A DNA stretch of 64,000 nucleotides from Zootoca vivipara. Taxonomy: Eukaryota. The stretch spans positions 30,008,001 to 30,072,000 of the forward strand of contig NC_083290.1 of the NCBI RefSeq assembly GCF_963506605.1, in the 5' to 3' direction. The stretch's first letter is position 1. Every line of letters begins with the position of its first letter. The notes below the pieces were generated by a model. That model searched no databases. It was given only the letters and a program-made list of their open reading frames with translations, and was not told where the DNA came from. The translations under genes and the position numbers were made by a program. Below, one piece after another: positions 49,201 to 63,965 of the stretch.

Positions 49201-49739
49201 GTCCAGTTTCCCTACCAGAGGAAAACCTGGTGGTTTTTTTGTAGAGCAAGTGAAAAGTGCAGTTGCAAGATTTCTGTGCCTACCAGTTGCAGGGCCCCTT
49301 TCTCAGTCCCAGCTTGGAAGTAGTATCATCGCGACAGCCTCAAGGCTGCCTCTTGTGACACGTTACCTTCCGCCGGCAGCCACGGGCTCACGGAGGGAGG
49401 CGTTTGGGTGGCGCAGGCGGAGGCCCTTGAAAACCAAGCAGGCTCCGGAGGGGCTTCCACAGGCCCTCTTCCACCTTCGGCCTCGGAAAGACGCCCCCCT
49501 CGCCCCTGGAAGCAGCGCTTCGCCCGCGGTGTCTCGGGAGGAGGCCAGGTAGCCAGCAACGGGCGACCGAGGAGCACCCACGGCCGACTGCCCGCTGCTC
49601 ACAAGGGTGGCCGGAGAAGGAGGAGGAGCCCCATGGAGGCCAACGGGATCGAGCAGGCCCCGCCGACACCCCCCTCCTCCCCCAGTGGCAGCCGCTGACC
49701 GCGGAGGGCAGCGGGAGGCCTCGGCCGGGTACTCACCAT
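42450..49739 (-). CDS. ARCN1: Coatomer subunit delta (archain 1), 10 coding exons, 510 aa
   Basis: Exons 49737-49739 (ATG only), 47761-48024, 47228-47407, 46911-47116, 46354-46515, 45795-45960, 44863-45010, 44573-44681, 44267-44471, 42450-42539 total 1533 nt; [33 protein letters not shown]...[15 protein letters not shown]. Confidence 0.98.
42619..43707. mobile_element. Tigger/pogo-like MITE interrupted in its left TIR by the L2
   Basis: TA|CAGTG-[L2]-TACCTTGGTTCTCAAAC ... GTTTGAGAACCAAGGTACCACTA|TA. Confidence 0.7.
42624..43239 (+). mobile_element. 5'-truncated L2 LINE with (TTA)n tail
   Basis: [45 protein letters not shown] peptides; (TTA)n 43184-43239. Confidence 0.85.
44267..44471 (-). 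CDS. ARCN1: ARCN1 exon 9
   Basis: [19 protein letters not shown]...SGSLEF. Confidence 0.96.
44573..44681 (-). CDS. ARCN1: ARCN1 exon 8
   Basis: [22 protein letters not shown]. Confidence 0.95.
44863..45010 (-). CDS. ARCN1: ARCN1 exon 7
   Basis: [10 protein letters not shown]...[19 protein letters not shown]. Confidence 0.96.
45340..45540 (-). mobile_element. CR1 LINE fragment
   Basis: [26 protein letters not shown] peptide typical of squamate CR1 ORF2. Confidence 0.6.
45795..45960 (-). CDS. ARCN1: ARCN1 exon 6 (mu-homology domain start)
   Basis: [26 protein letters not shown]. Confidence 0.96.
46354..46515 (-). CDS. ARCN1: ARCN1 exon 5
   Basis: [19 protein letters not shown]. Confidence 0.95.
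46911..47116 (-). CDS. ARCN1: ARCN1 exon 4
   Basis: [26 protein letters not shown]... Confidence 0.96.
47228..47407 (-). CDS. ARCN1: ARCN1 exon 3
   Basis: [34 protein letters not shown]... Confidence 0.96.
47761..48024 (-). CDS. ARCN1: ARCN1 exon 2 (longin domain)
   Basis: 264 nt, matches delta-COP N-terminus. Confidence 0.97.
48141..48458. mobile_element. hAT-like non-autonomous DNA transposon remnant
   Basis: TAGGGCTGGGCG...ATATGCCCTA termini; internal ~40-bp direct repeat GCAAAAATC..ATGCGGGAAAAACTGTGAAG. Confidence 0.55.
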
Positions 49740-50139
49740 GGCGAATGTGACGGCGAAGATGACAGCAGCAGCGGCGTCAGCGTCTCCGTTTCCTCCTCTC
49801 CCCTCCGGGACCGAGCGCCTCTCCGCTCCTTCTGCCTGCCACACAAGATGGCGGCCCCGAGCCACGTCTCCCAGGCGGAAGCGGCGGCGTCACGCACGCA
49901 GAGGGCACGCCGCTACGCCCCAATGGGTGTCCGCCAGGCCCCGCCCACCCGCCGGTGGCAGCGCCGCCGCCGCCCTCCCTGCCGGTAGGGGCCGCTGCAT
50001 CCCCATGCTCGCTCCTTGACCACTCTAGCGGGAGACGAGTTCTCGCGAGGACTGCTAGGGCCTCGTCTCCCGTTTCCCTGGAGACGGGGCCGCCTAGGCC
50101 TCCCTCGCTCGCGGGGAAGACTTGGTCCTACTTGGCGAT
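49740..50139. promoter_or_regulatory. Bidirectional CpG-island promoter shared by ARCN1 and IFT46
   Basis: Start codons 400 bp apart. YY1 CAAGATGGCGGC 49844-49855, ETS CGGAAG 49876-49881, CCAAT 49920, GC box ~49939, TCTCGCGAG 50041-50049, RFX X-box-like GTTTCCCTGGAGAC 50072-50085. Confidence 0.85.
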
Positions 50140-53100
50140 ATGGCGGGTGCGCCGCCGCCTCCCGCAGTGCCGCCTGAGGCCGGCCTACAGGTGAGGGAGG
50201 GCGAGCCTTTCGCAGGCTGGGTGGGTGGGTGCTCAAGGGGATCCGGCTCACGTCCCGTTTCTCTCCCCACCTCGTAGACACGGATCGTGGAGAACCAGCC
50301 TTACGATGAGAGCCTGGACGTCAACGAGACAGAGGACGTGGCCAGCATCTACGCGCCCAGTCCTCCGCAGCCAGGTATGGGGGGCTGGGACAACGGGGAC
50401 AGCGCACACGGTCTGGGGGACGTCCCTCCGCTTCTGACTCGGCTCTTCTCTCCCGTCACCGTCTCAGGCCCTCGCCGCGTGCGCTCCCAGCACAAGAGCC
50501 TGGCCGAAAACAGCAGCGAGGACGACGACGAGGAGATACTCAAGGTACTCACCGAACAGCAGCCTCCTTCACCCCCCCCCCGCCGTCCTGTTTCCTGCCA
50601 GTGGGCTGGGGTCGTGGTGGTGATGGGTCCGCTTGAGGGCCGAGTTGGCTCCCACTCCTTTGCTTTCTCCCTCACTCCCAGGAGAAGAAGGCCTCCCAGC
50701 TGGCCTCCCAGCCTCGTTTCAGTGGGAACGAGGTAGAAGATGAGGACGACGACTCTTCAGAGACGGACTCTGACGATGACGACGACGACGAAGAGCACGG
50801 CGCTCCTCTGGAGGGGTATTTGCAGGGTGGGTGGGTGGGTGCCGGGAGCCATGTGGGGTGGAGGAAGTTGGCTAGGAAGGGCATGTGCTTGGCTGCCAAC
50901 ATATTTGCTACTTGGTAGTAAGCTTACATGCAATCGTACCCTTGTTTCCAATTGGCATGGTGTGTGCCAGCCTTGAAGACTAGACTGCCCAGGAAGAATG
51001 CTTTCCTAAGTTGATTGATTTTGGTGGGGCAAGGGATGCCTAACTCCACCAAGGATCCAGTGAGCAAAAACAAGTCCTGGAGCCTTCCTTGGCCTTCAGC
51101 CTCTTGCACCCACCCATTCCCTGCATAGGCCAGTTGGAAAGTTGAGAAGGTTCCTGTGTGATAGCAAAGACAGCTCTTTCAAGCATTAAAGTCACACCTA
51201 AGTGAGGTTTCGCTGGATTCCAAAGGTCCCCATATACTGTCATTTGGGTAGGATAGCAGTCCATAATATTGGGTTGGGGAACCTCTGGACCTCCAGATGA
51301 TGCTGAACTCCAACTCCCATTATACCTGACCATTAACCACACTGGCAGCTGGGGCTGATTGGAGTTGGAGTCCAGCATCCTCTGAAAGGTCACCGATTGC
51401 CCACCCGTGCTAGCTGCCAGGTAGAAGATGGTTGAATGTCCAAGCAGATCACGTGTCCCAGGAATATACCGTAGTGGCTTAGCTAGACCAGTCAGTCTGT
51501 TTGCTGTTTTTGGCAGCCCCCACCCCTACTGAACTGTGTTCTACATTAAATGTGTATCTGTATGCAACTTACAGGTTTTTAAAAATGGAGTGTGAGAATA
51601 ATGCAGTTGCTGAGATTGCAGCAGGTGTGGAAGAATGTAAACCTTCCCTGATGCGGTCTTATGGAAGGTGCTATTTGCTTCAGGAGGAAATATCTTTGGC
51701 CCATAGGGGTGGCAGTCTTGTTTAAGGGTGGTGGGGTGGATGGGGGAGAGTGAGACTGCAAGCTGGCTTTTCTTTGTCTCTCCTTGGAGTCAGACTCTCC
51801 CTCACCCTGCCTTTGAACACATCCTGTTTCCATTGCCTCCTGCCCAGCTTCACCACTGACTCTTTCCCTAGGGCATACAACTCAGCAGATTATGACTACC
51901 TGCCAGTCTCCCTGGAGATCAAGGAGCTTTTCCAGTACATCCGGAGGTGAGTAGTAATGTGGATCTTGGCCGCATTGTGGGCAGGCATGTCTCTTTTCAG
52001 GCTTCCGCTCACGGTGTCTGCTCCTCAGGTATTCTTCACAAATGATTGACCTGGAGCACAAGCTGAAACCTTTCATTCCAGACTTCATTCCAGCTGTTGG
52101 GGACATTGATGCCTTCTTAAAGGTATTGCATTCATTTTGACACTCCTTTACATGCAGCACTGGCTGAGAACTGCCACGCAGGACTCTTTCCCTGCGATGT
52201 GCAACAGGACAGCACTGTCAGTGCTTTGCCTCCATACCCACAGTCAACACTGCTGAAAGGTTAGCTGCTTTGCAGAATCCTTGTAGATAAGTGGGAAGAA
52301 TTTATGTTGCCCTCAAGTGATGCTTATGGCTTTCCCACTGAAGCATCTGCTTGGCCACTGAGAGGACAAAATGATGAACTAGAGGGGCCTTTGGTGTGAC
52401 AGGGCAGCAAAGATTTCTTTCAGATCCTTGGCTTTCTCAGCAGGCAGGGCCACATTTTGTTTGTTAGTGGTGATTGACCATTCCCAGCAGAAACTCTCTT
52501 GACTGGTCTTGTACCTGGGTGTGTACATGAAGAATGGAAACTCTCACCTGCAAAGGGCACCCCGGCTTGTTTCTTATAGGTTCCACGCCCTGATGGGAAG
52601 CCAGATAACCTTGGATTGTTGGTGCTGGATGAGCCATCGACCAAGCAGTCCGACCCCACTGTTCTCTCCCTCTGGTTAACGGAAAACTCTAAGCAGCACA
52701 ATGTGGCCGTAAGTGGGAGAGAGGGGGGGGGGTGAAGTGACTCCTCTTGGATGCAAGGCAGCCCTTGGCTCTGATGAGGAGGCACATTGGAGCATGTTCT
52801 GGTCTCTGTTTCTAGCAGCAGATTAAAGTGAAGAGCCTGGAGAATGCTGATAAGAATCCCAAAGCCATTGAGAGCTGGATTGAGAGCATCAGTGAGCTGC
52901 ATCGCTGCAAGCCCCCAGCTACAGTCCACTATGCTAGGTGGGCCTCTTGGAGGGAGGGATGAGTACAAGGGTAAGGGCAAGGCCTGCCAGTACTCAGCCC
53001 CACCTTTGCTCCGTGCTGGGGGTGGGGGAAGAAAGCCACTCTGCAGATGCACCCTCTGTGTGGAGGAACCATGGCCATTTCAAGCTGCTGCCTTGGTATT

Positions 53101-53935
53101 TCTTCCTTGTAGGCCCATGCCTGATATAGACACGCTGATGCAGGAGTGGTCCCCTGAGTTTGAAGAGCTGCTGGGAAAGGTAGTATCTGCCAATTGCCCC
53201 CCTCTTCAACTTCTAGTTTTGGCCTGGCCTAAGAGAGGGGTCTTGTCAGCAGGAGGGAGAAGCTTGTGGGCCTCGAGAGATTAATGCAGAGAAAGAGAGT
53301 ACTGACCTGACCCTTCCCTCTCTGCTTTTCAGGTGAGCCTTCCCACTGCAGATATTAACTGCAGCCTGGCAGAATACACAGACATGATATGTGGTGAGTG
53401 CCCTTTTGCTGATGTGGTGCTCACCTATGCCAAGCCTTTTAGGGGTAGAGATCTGCTCCAGTCAGTGTCGGAATTGGCCTCTTCTCAAAATGCCCCTCAG
53501 TTATACACCACCCAGCAAAAGTCTCCTTGCTTGTTGGAATCAAACTAAATAGCTGTTATTTTTTCTCTTCAGCTATTCTGGACATTCCTGTCTACAAGGG
53601 CCATATCCAGTCCCTGCACACCCTTTTCTCCCTCTACTCTGAATTCAAAAATTCACAGGTAGGAAACATAAGGATCTGAAGAGCAGCAGCTCTGGTCTGG
53701 TGCCCATGTTCATGTGGAGGCACTGCTGAATAGATTGCTCCCCAAGTCTTTCCCCCTTGGCCAGCCTCACCTGGAGCGGCCTTGCCCTAGAGCAACCTAA
53801 AATGATGGTGTTCTCCCTGCCCCCTTCTCTATCCTGCAGCATTTTAAGGCTCTGGCTGAGGGCAAGAAGGTTGCAAGCCCTCCCTCCAACCCCCCCTCAC
53901 AGGCTGGCGAAACAGACATCCTGAGCTTTACCTGA
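50140..53935 (+). CDS. IFT46: Intraflagellar transport protein 46, 12 coding exons, 362 aa
   Basis: Exons 50140-50190, 50278-50374, 50468-50544, 50682-50815, 51872-51946, 52029-52122, 52580-52708, 52816-52937, 53113-53179, 53333-53393, 53573-53658, 53840-53935 total 1089 nt; KLKPFIPDFIPAVGDIDAFLKVPRPDGKPDNLGLLVLDEPSTKQSDPTVL; MPDIDTLMQEWSPEFEELLGK. The first exon is less certain than the rest. Confidence 0.95.
50682..50815 (+). CDS. IFT46: IFT46 acidic exon (EKKASQ...DSSETDSDDDDDDEEHGAPLE)
   Basis: Matches mammalian IFT46 acidic tract. Confidence 0.93.
51270..51410. mobile_element. Old palindromic hAT MITE (related to 60422-60557)
   Basis: CTCCAGATG...AACTCCCAT / GGAGTTG...CATC inverted arms. 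Confidence 0.6.
52580..52708 (+). CDS. IFT46: IFT46 exon (VPRPDGKPDNLGLLVLDEPSTKQSDPTVLSLWLTENSKQHNVA)
   Basis: 129 nt, conserved core. Confidence 0.96.
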
Positions 53936-54154
53936 GACGCCTGCCTTCCCGCCCCAGGTGGGACCTGTTCCAGAAAAGTGCCAGCCTGTGATGCTGCAGC
54001 GCCTGAGGCCTTCTTGTTTGGGCAACTGCTATTCAGGCTTCCAGTGGACCTAATGGAGCACAGTCAGCATCTGGCTCAAAGACCCCTGGCCACTCAGAAA
54101 CCCACCAGTATCTCATCTACCTTTCTTTGTACAGCTTCTGTGAGAATTTGCCTT

Positions 54155-54160
54155 ATTAAA
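54155..54160 (+). terminator. IFT46 polyadenylation signal (ATTAAA)
   Basis: Variant hexamer 220 nt after the stop, followed by U-rich sequence. Confidence 0.55.
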
Positions 54161-54320
54161 AGTTTTGCTCATAGTGCTACTTTGTCCTTGAAGGAGATTC
54201 ACAGCTGTGGAGGGTAGGCTGGGGCTGCAGTCTGAGTTGTGGATGGACTCAGAACAATTTCAGCGTACTGTGGCTATTTGGGGTTCTTAGACTCTACTTA
54301 TGTGCAGGACAAGCTCCAGA

Positions 54321-54326
54321 TTTATT
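54321..54326 (-). terminator. Probable TMEM25 polyadenylation signal (AATAAA)
   Basis: AATAAA on - strand ~760 nt after the stop; other AATAAA at 54502 and 54611. Confidence 0.45.
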
Positions 54327-55082
54327 CCCCTGTTGTATTGTTCAGGGGCTGCCCATATAAAGAGTTCGGAATCCAAATGCAAAAAGTCTTGAATGAGCAA
54401 GGAGCCTTTTCCTCCCTTAAACTGTCATTTACCACCTCAGACACTGGCCAGCTCAGCCCACTGAGCGCTGCCAAATCTGTTAGTGGTGAGCAGACACAAT
54501 GTTTATTTCCTTCTGAGCCCTGGCTCTTGCCTGGGCTTAGGCTTTTGTTCCCTCCATTGGCTTTCTCTTTCTGAAGGAGAAGGACAGGCATGGCACTTTG
54601 ATCACAGCCATTTATTTGTAAAGTGCAGAAGCTACAAAGCAGCATGCTTTAGCTCAGTTGGCAGCAGCAGCAGCAGCAGTGCCGGGGCTTGCCAGTCTCC
54701 TAGTAGCCTGGCTGGCCCCCTTCATGCCAAGGAAGAGCCATCACATGCAGATTGAGCCATCCCTGAGGTTGGGAAGAGGAAGGAGGAGTGGGCCAACCAA
54801 TGGCTCTTGTGGGAGGGACGTTCTTCAGGGGAACACGAGTCACTTGGTGGGTCTAGAGATGTACTGCAGCTTGGGGTGGGGTGGGGTGTGGGCAGCCCTT
54901 GGCAGCTGCAGGTCTTCCTTGGACCACAGTCAATATCCTTTCAGGCACTGGGGCCTCACACATGGGATCTTGCTCTAGAGGTGCAATACCCCATCCCTGC
55001 AGTTCAAGCTGCCTTGGAAGTCCGCCTCCTCAGGACTTCCGCTGCTGCTCTTTGTGCCTGCTGGCGGGTGCAGCAACAGCCC

Positions 55083-58724
<3,642 letters not shown>

Positions 58725-60350
58725 ACGCTTCCTTGGCCGCTGGCCGGGCAGCAGACAGGCGCTCCGAGGAGACGACCTTGATGGGCTCCAGCTGGCAGGA
58801 CGCGGGGCCCGCTGTGTTCTGGCTCCCCACACTGCGGAGCCTGCACCGCGCAGACCGGTCCCGTCGAGGCTGCGGCTGCAATGATTGGCCAGCAAGAGCC
58901 GCCGCTCCGCCTCCTCCTTCACGTGGGCTCCTTGGCAATCCCGGTCTGGATCCTTCGCTCCGCGGTGTGTACGGGAGGCAGCGGCGGGAGCCTCTCACCT
59001 TCTTCTTGGCCGACGACCACGCTTCGCAGGCGGGCGGAGGAGATTTGCTTCGTAGCCAACCCTCGAGGGCAAAATGGTCTGTCGGCCGCGAGCTTTTCCA
59101 GAGAACGGGGAGGGGGAGGCGCCTCTGCTGGCTGTCCCCACCCACTCCACTGGCCCCGATCCACTGCATGACGAAGAGGTGTTCTGCCATAGCTGTCTGG
59201 CTCCTCCTTATTCCAAAGCAGTCTATCCCTGACATTCTTGCATTGCAGGAGGTTGGACTAGATGACCCTCGGGTGTCCCTTCCAACTCTACAATTCTTTG
59301 ACTCCTGAACTCACCCCGCCAGGGAAAGCTTTTGCCTTCACTCCGTCTCCTTTTGAGTTACCACAGACATCAGGAAGGCCGCCTTTAAAACACTTGAAGT
59401 TTAAGACTGGTGATTCTAAGAAGTGATTGGGTTTATGAGTACTTTATTAGTGTATAAAGCAGAACTTGGACACATGAGTGTGTTCAGGGCAGGTCATCTT
59501 CCACCATCAGGACTCCTAGATCTTTTCTGGTTAGTTCAGACCCCCTGTGAAACTTGGATTTATTTATTTTTTAATCCATTGTGCATCACTTTATACTTAT
59601 ATAGAATTGCATTTGCCATTTTACTGCCCATTTACTCAGTTTGGAGAGATCCCTTTGTGCAGATCTTGTGGGTTGTGAGGCCACACCAAGTGGGTCACAG
59701 AGAAGCTGGATTCCAGCTTAGGCTGAACAGACAAAAAGGAGCATTGCTTGTGTGTCCGGACTAGGTAAAGTTCAGGATGAGACGCCCATTTTATCAATTT
59801 CTATAAGTGCTCTGATGTGGCAGGAGAAAGGCATGAGCCAATTTTTAATACGATACATATTTCTGGCCAGTCACATGCCTGTTCTTTTCTCTTGCCACAT
59901 TGCAACACTGGTTTTCATTTAGTAGTAATGCTAAGGCAACACTATGTATATTGCTCTGTTAATTGCCATTTTATAATTAACAATGTGCACTATTAACAAT
60001 ATTACGTATAAATTAAAAGTGAAAGTGGGTCCCATGTTGCAGCTTGGGACTCAGAGGTTGGTCTTGGGTCTGGATCTGTTGAACAACACTGCTTTACAGC
60101 TCCTCCTACTCCCTTTCATATATATAGTAATGTTGTAACTTGTATTGGTTTATACCAGTTTTCCAGGAGCAGATAAACAAACAGGCCTGTAATTTTCCAG
60201 ATCCCTTCTGAATCCTTTTTTAAAAGTTGGTGCTACATTGACAGCTTACCAGTCCTAAGGTAGGAAAGCTCATCTTAGGAACAAGCTATGTATTGTTTCT
60301 CAATTTGAACAATTAATACAACATAAAGTTACAATTTTGTCACAGAGATC

Positions 60351-60356
60351 TTTATT
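60351..60356 (-). terminator. TTC36 polyadenylation signal (AATAAA)
   Basis: AATAAA on - strand ~320 nt after the stop. Confidence 0.6.
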
Positions 60357-60421
60357 AAGAAAGAAACAAAACTTATTACAAAGTTTTTCAGGGTGCTTAA
60401 TTTGCATAGTTTATTCTGGAC

Positions 60422-60557
60422 CAGGCATCTGCAAGCTGTGGCCCTCCAGATGTTTTGGCCTACAACTCCCATGATCCCTAGCTAAGAGGACCAGTGGTCA
60501 GGGATGATGGGAATTGTAGTCCAAAACATCTGGAGGGCCGAAGTTTGGGGATGCCTG
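60422..60557. mobile_element. Palindromic hAT MITE in the TTC36 3'UTR
   Basis: TIR CAGGCATC/GATGCCTG, long inverted arms, 8-bp TSD TTCTGGAC (60414-60421, 60558-60565). Confidence 0.88.
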
Positions 60558-60677
60558 TTCTGGACCATAACCCGATGGAACATTGTTTTTATATTATCCT
60601 TGGAGCTTGAAAGGTGGGGAATAGCATCCCCAGCTTGCCTTGGGGAGAGGAATTGCAGGCTGAGCCCTCCTTTGTCC

Positions 60678-62573
60678 TTAGTGACATACTTTCTCCCTGG
60701 GGGAAGCCTCCAGCTGGGGCTCTTCACTTGGGCCGCTCAGTTTCTTTATCACTTCGGAGAGCATCTGATTGCAGAGGGCTGCATATGGATTCATCAGGAC
60801 CAGCTGACGACGGGCAAAGGCACTGCCCAATCTGGCCGCTTGCTCAAAGTCCCTCTGGGCTTCTTGCTCATGGCCTTGCAAGCGCTGGATCAGCCCCCGC
60901 TGCACAAAAGCCTGGCAGGCTACACGGCCAACGCCCCTGCTAAGCTGCAGTGCCGTACCCAGGTCCTCCAGCGCACCTGACAGGTAGAGAAGAAATATAC
61001 ATGCAAATGATGGAGGGGAATGCCATGGAACCTGACTTCATAGCAGAGATATTGCAGAAGGGGAAGCGGCAGCAGCTGTGCCCACACAGTGGCCCCATCT
61101 TCAGCATGGACAGAGTTGAAATGGAAAGCAATTGTTTTATTAGGATTGGGGATTGTTTTCAGTGGTTTGGGTTCCACTTTAGGTAGCAGATACTTAGCTC
61201 AGAGCTTTGACTCTCAGGGACCTTGTAGGGCTGGCTGTGGCATGGGGAGATGCCCTGGTAGGTGGGTTCCCAAGCAAGCAGCAGCACCAATATTGAGCCC
61301 AGAGAACAGCTGATGGGAAGGTCTCTGAAAAGCCCTTGAAGAGGACAAGGGACGTGGTGTTCACTGTCCAGGGGGTTTGCTCAGCCCTCCTTTTGCTAGG
61401 CTCAGAAGCTACATAGCAGACATGGTGCCTGTCCCAGGCAGAGGGTCCCTGTCCTCTGTGTCAATGCAGAAACAGCACTGCCTTGCTCACTTACTTGCTG
61501 TGTTGCCCTTGAGGCGGAAGGCCTGGGCCCGGTTGTTGTAGGCTGCGGCTCGCTCAGGGAGCAGCTGAATGGCCCGCTCAAATCTCTCCAAGGCCTTCTG
61601 CAGGTCTCCAGCTTCAGCAGCTTCAATGCCCTGGATCTCTAGCTGAGTGGCTTGCTCCAGGAGCTCTGGGTCAAAGCTTGCTTCTGTCTCATTATGAAGA
61701 GAAGCACAGTTTTGTTAATAGCTCTGGGTCAAGAGTGGGGGGACAGAAGACAGCTGCACTATATAGGTATGCACCCCCCCCCCCATTCTACAGCCACTGG
61801 AACTTACAGTGGCCTCCAATCCAGTGCTAATTACGTACATGGCTGACTACATCACAACTGCTAAAATGCAGCAGCTCAAGAGAGCCCAGAAATTTCTCAG
61901 GGACAAGGGGACAGAAAGTCTGTGGGGAAAAGCCCACCCACCTTCTCCAGGGCAAAGTGCAATGAATCATGGTCAGGTGACGATCAGAGGTCAGACTGCA
62001 CCACCTACTGCAGACCAGGGGAGCCAACTTGAATAAAATATTTGGGGAGCAGGTATAAACCCCAACCCACCATAATTGATCACAAGACATGGTGCACACA
62101 CACAATTTGAATGGCAATGCCCAGATCCCTCAAATATTTTTGGGGGGTGTCGAAGTGACCTCTGCCCCTAGGAGTTGGCTCCTACGCTGCTGATAGTGAG
62201 CGAGAGGCCCTCTCTTCCAGCGCCATGATATGAGAGCCTTGTAAAGGCCTCCTTAATGAAAAACAGAGGGATTTGCTGCTGCTCCAATTACACAGAGATG
62301 GGTAGGTGGGGCTTTCCTCTTTGCAGCCCCCCACCATCCTTGAACCTGCACTTCTTGGCAGCCTGAAGCTGCTCTGATGCCTCCGGGAGCTCAGGGTAGA
62401 GACCAACAATGCCTCCAGGAAAGTCCCTCTCCCCTGCCCCATCTCATGCAGAAGCCAAACTCACCTTCTCCATTGAGGGTCTCCTGCTCCTCCAGCTCAG
62501 CAGAGATGTCGCCAAAAGGGGCATTGGGGTGGAATATGCTTTGCAAAACTGCCCTGTCGTGTGCTGTAGCCAT
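60678..62573 (-). CDS. TTC36: Tetratricopeptide repeat protein 36, 3 exons, 198 aa
   Basis: Exons 62465-62573, 61495-61683, 60678-60976 total 597 nt; [53 protein letters not shown]. Confidence 0.95.
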
Positions 62574-63628
62574 GTCGGCTGGATGAGAAGATCTTGAGTG
62601 AGCTAGGGAGAGCAAGTGGGGTTGTGAGAGAGGGGCTGGCTTACCAGGCGGCCAATAGCAATGGGGGAGGAGATGGGGCAATGCCCTGCTGCGTCTAAGT
62701 CAGTGCTCTTGCTAGAGCTGAAACAGGGAAGTTTTTTGACCCCCAAGCAAACTCCCAGGGCTGGGGGAGGAGCAAGAAGTGCAGGAACTAACACAGTGCA
62801 GGAATAACAGAAAAGGGAGGGGGCGCACATACACCTCCAGCCAGCCCAGATGCTCTGTCCCAGAGTTCTTAGCATGACCGGTCGAGCAACAGGGCTGGAG
62901 AAAGGTCCACCCTGCCGCTTTCCCTGCTGCAGTAAAGCCCAAATTTTCCTAACAGGCTTTTGGGGATTTCTGTAGCTAATCCGGATTACATTTGCTACTG
63001 TTTTGAGTCTCATGTTTTACTATGCTGTGTTACGGAGCAGTTTAAACCACGAATCTGCTAGACTTTAAGGGCTAGGATGCAGTGCAACTGCCCTCCACAG
63101 CAGAGGGGAGCCCATGCTGCTGGAAATCTGCTGCTACTGCCAGAAGTTCATCTGTCCGCTAATGGGTAGCTTGGCGGATGAAGGTCAGGCCTGCCACTGA
63201 TCTGCCTGGCAAAAAAGGGGCATGTTAGAGGGAGGCCAGCTGGCTGCCATATATATATATGTAACCCCTGCTCAAGACTGCAACTACGCCTGGATGCTAT
63301 GCCTGCCAAAGGGGCAGTGCACAGGGACCCCACTCACCGGCTATCTTTATGGTGGCATGAGAGCGCTCTCCAGATGTGGTGGAACCATGCAGGCGATCAG
63401 TGTTTGGCAGGATATAAACCACACCTGTGCCAGCCACAATTATTGTTTCTCTTGTGCAGTGACACTATGCCAGCTGCACTTCTTTTGCGGGGACTTTTTG
63501 AGCTTGGGATGCATTCCTTGAAATGCTACTATTGCCATGCACAAGGCCAGGTAAAAGACAGAGCAGTCTCAATGCATTGGATGAGACAGTTGTGTCAGGA
63601 GGCAGGGCTTGGATTTGCAAGATGCCAA

Positions 63629-63965
63629 GGGAGGCGGATGGCGCTGTGGTCTAAAGAGCCTAGGGCTTGCTGATCGGAACGTTGGCAGTTCAAATCCCCG
63701 CGACAGCTTCGGTCCCAGCTCCTGTTCACCTAGCAGTTCAAAAACACATCAAGTGCAAGTACATAAATAGGTACCGCTCCAGCGGGAAGGTAAACAGCGT
63801 TTCCGTGCACTGCTCTGGTTCGCCAGAAGCGGCTTAGTCATGCTGGTCACATAACCAGGAAGCTGTCTGCAGACAAACGCCGGCTCCCTCGGCCTATAGA
63901 GAGGAGCACGCAACCCCAGTGTCGTCTGCAACTGGACCCAACGGTCAGGGGTACCTTTACCTTTA
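63629..63965 (+). mobile_element. Sauria SINE (older, diverged copy)
   Basis: Colinear with 12992-13345 including ACCTTT tail. Confidence 0.88.
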
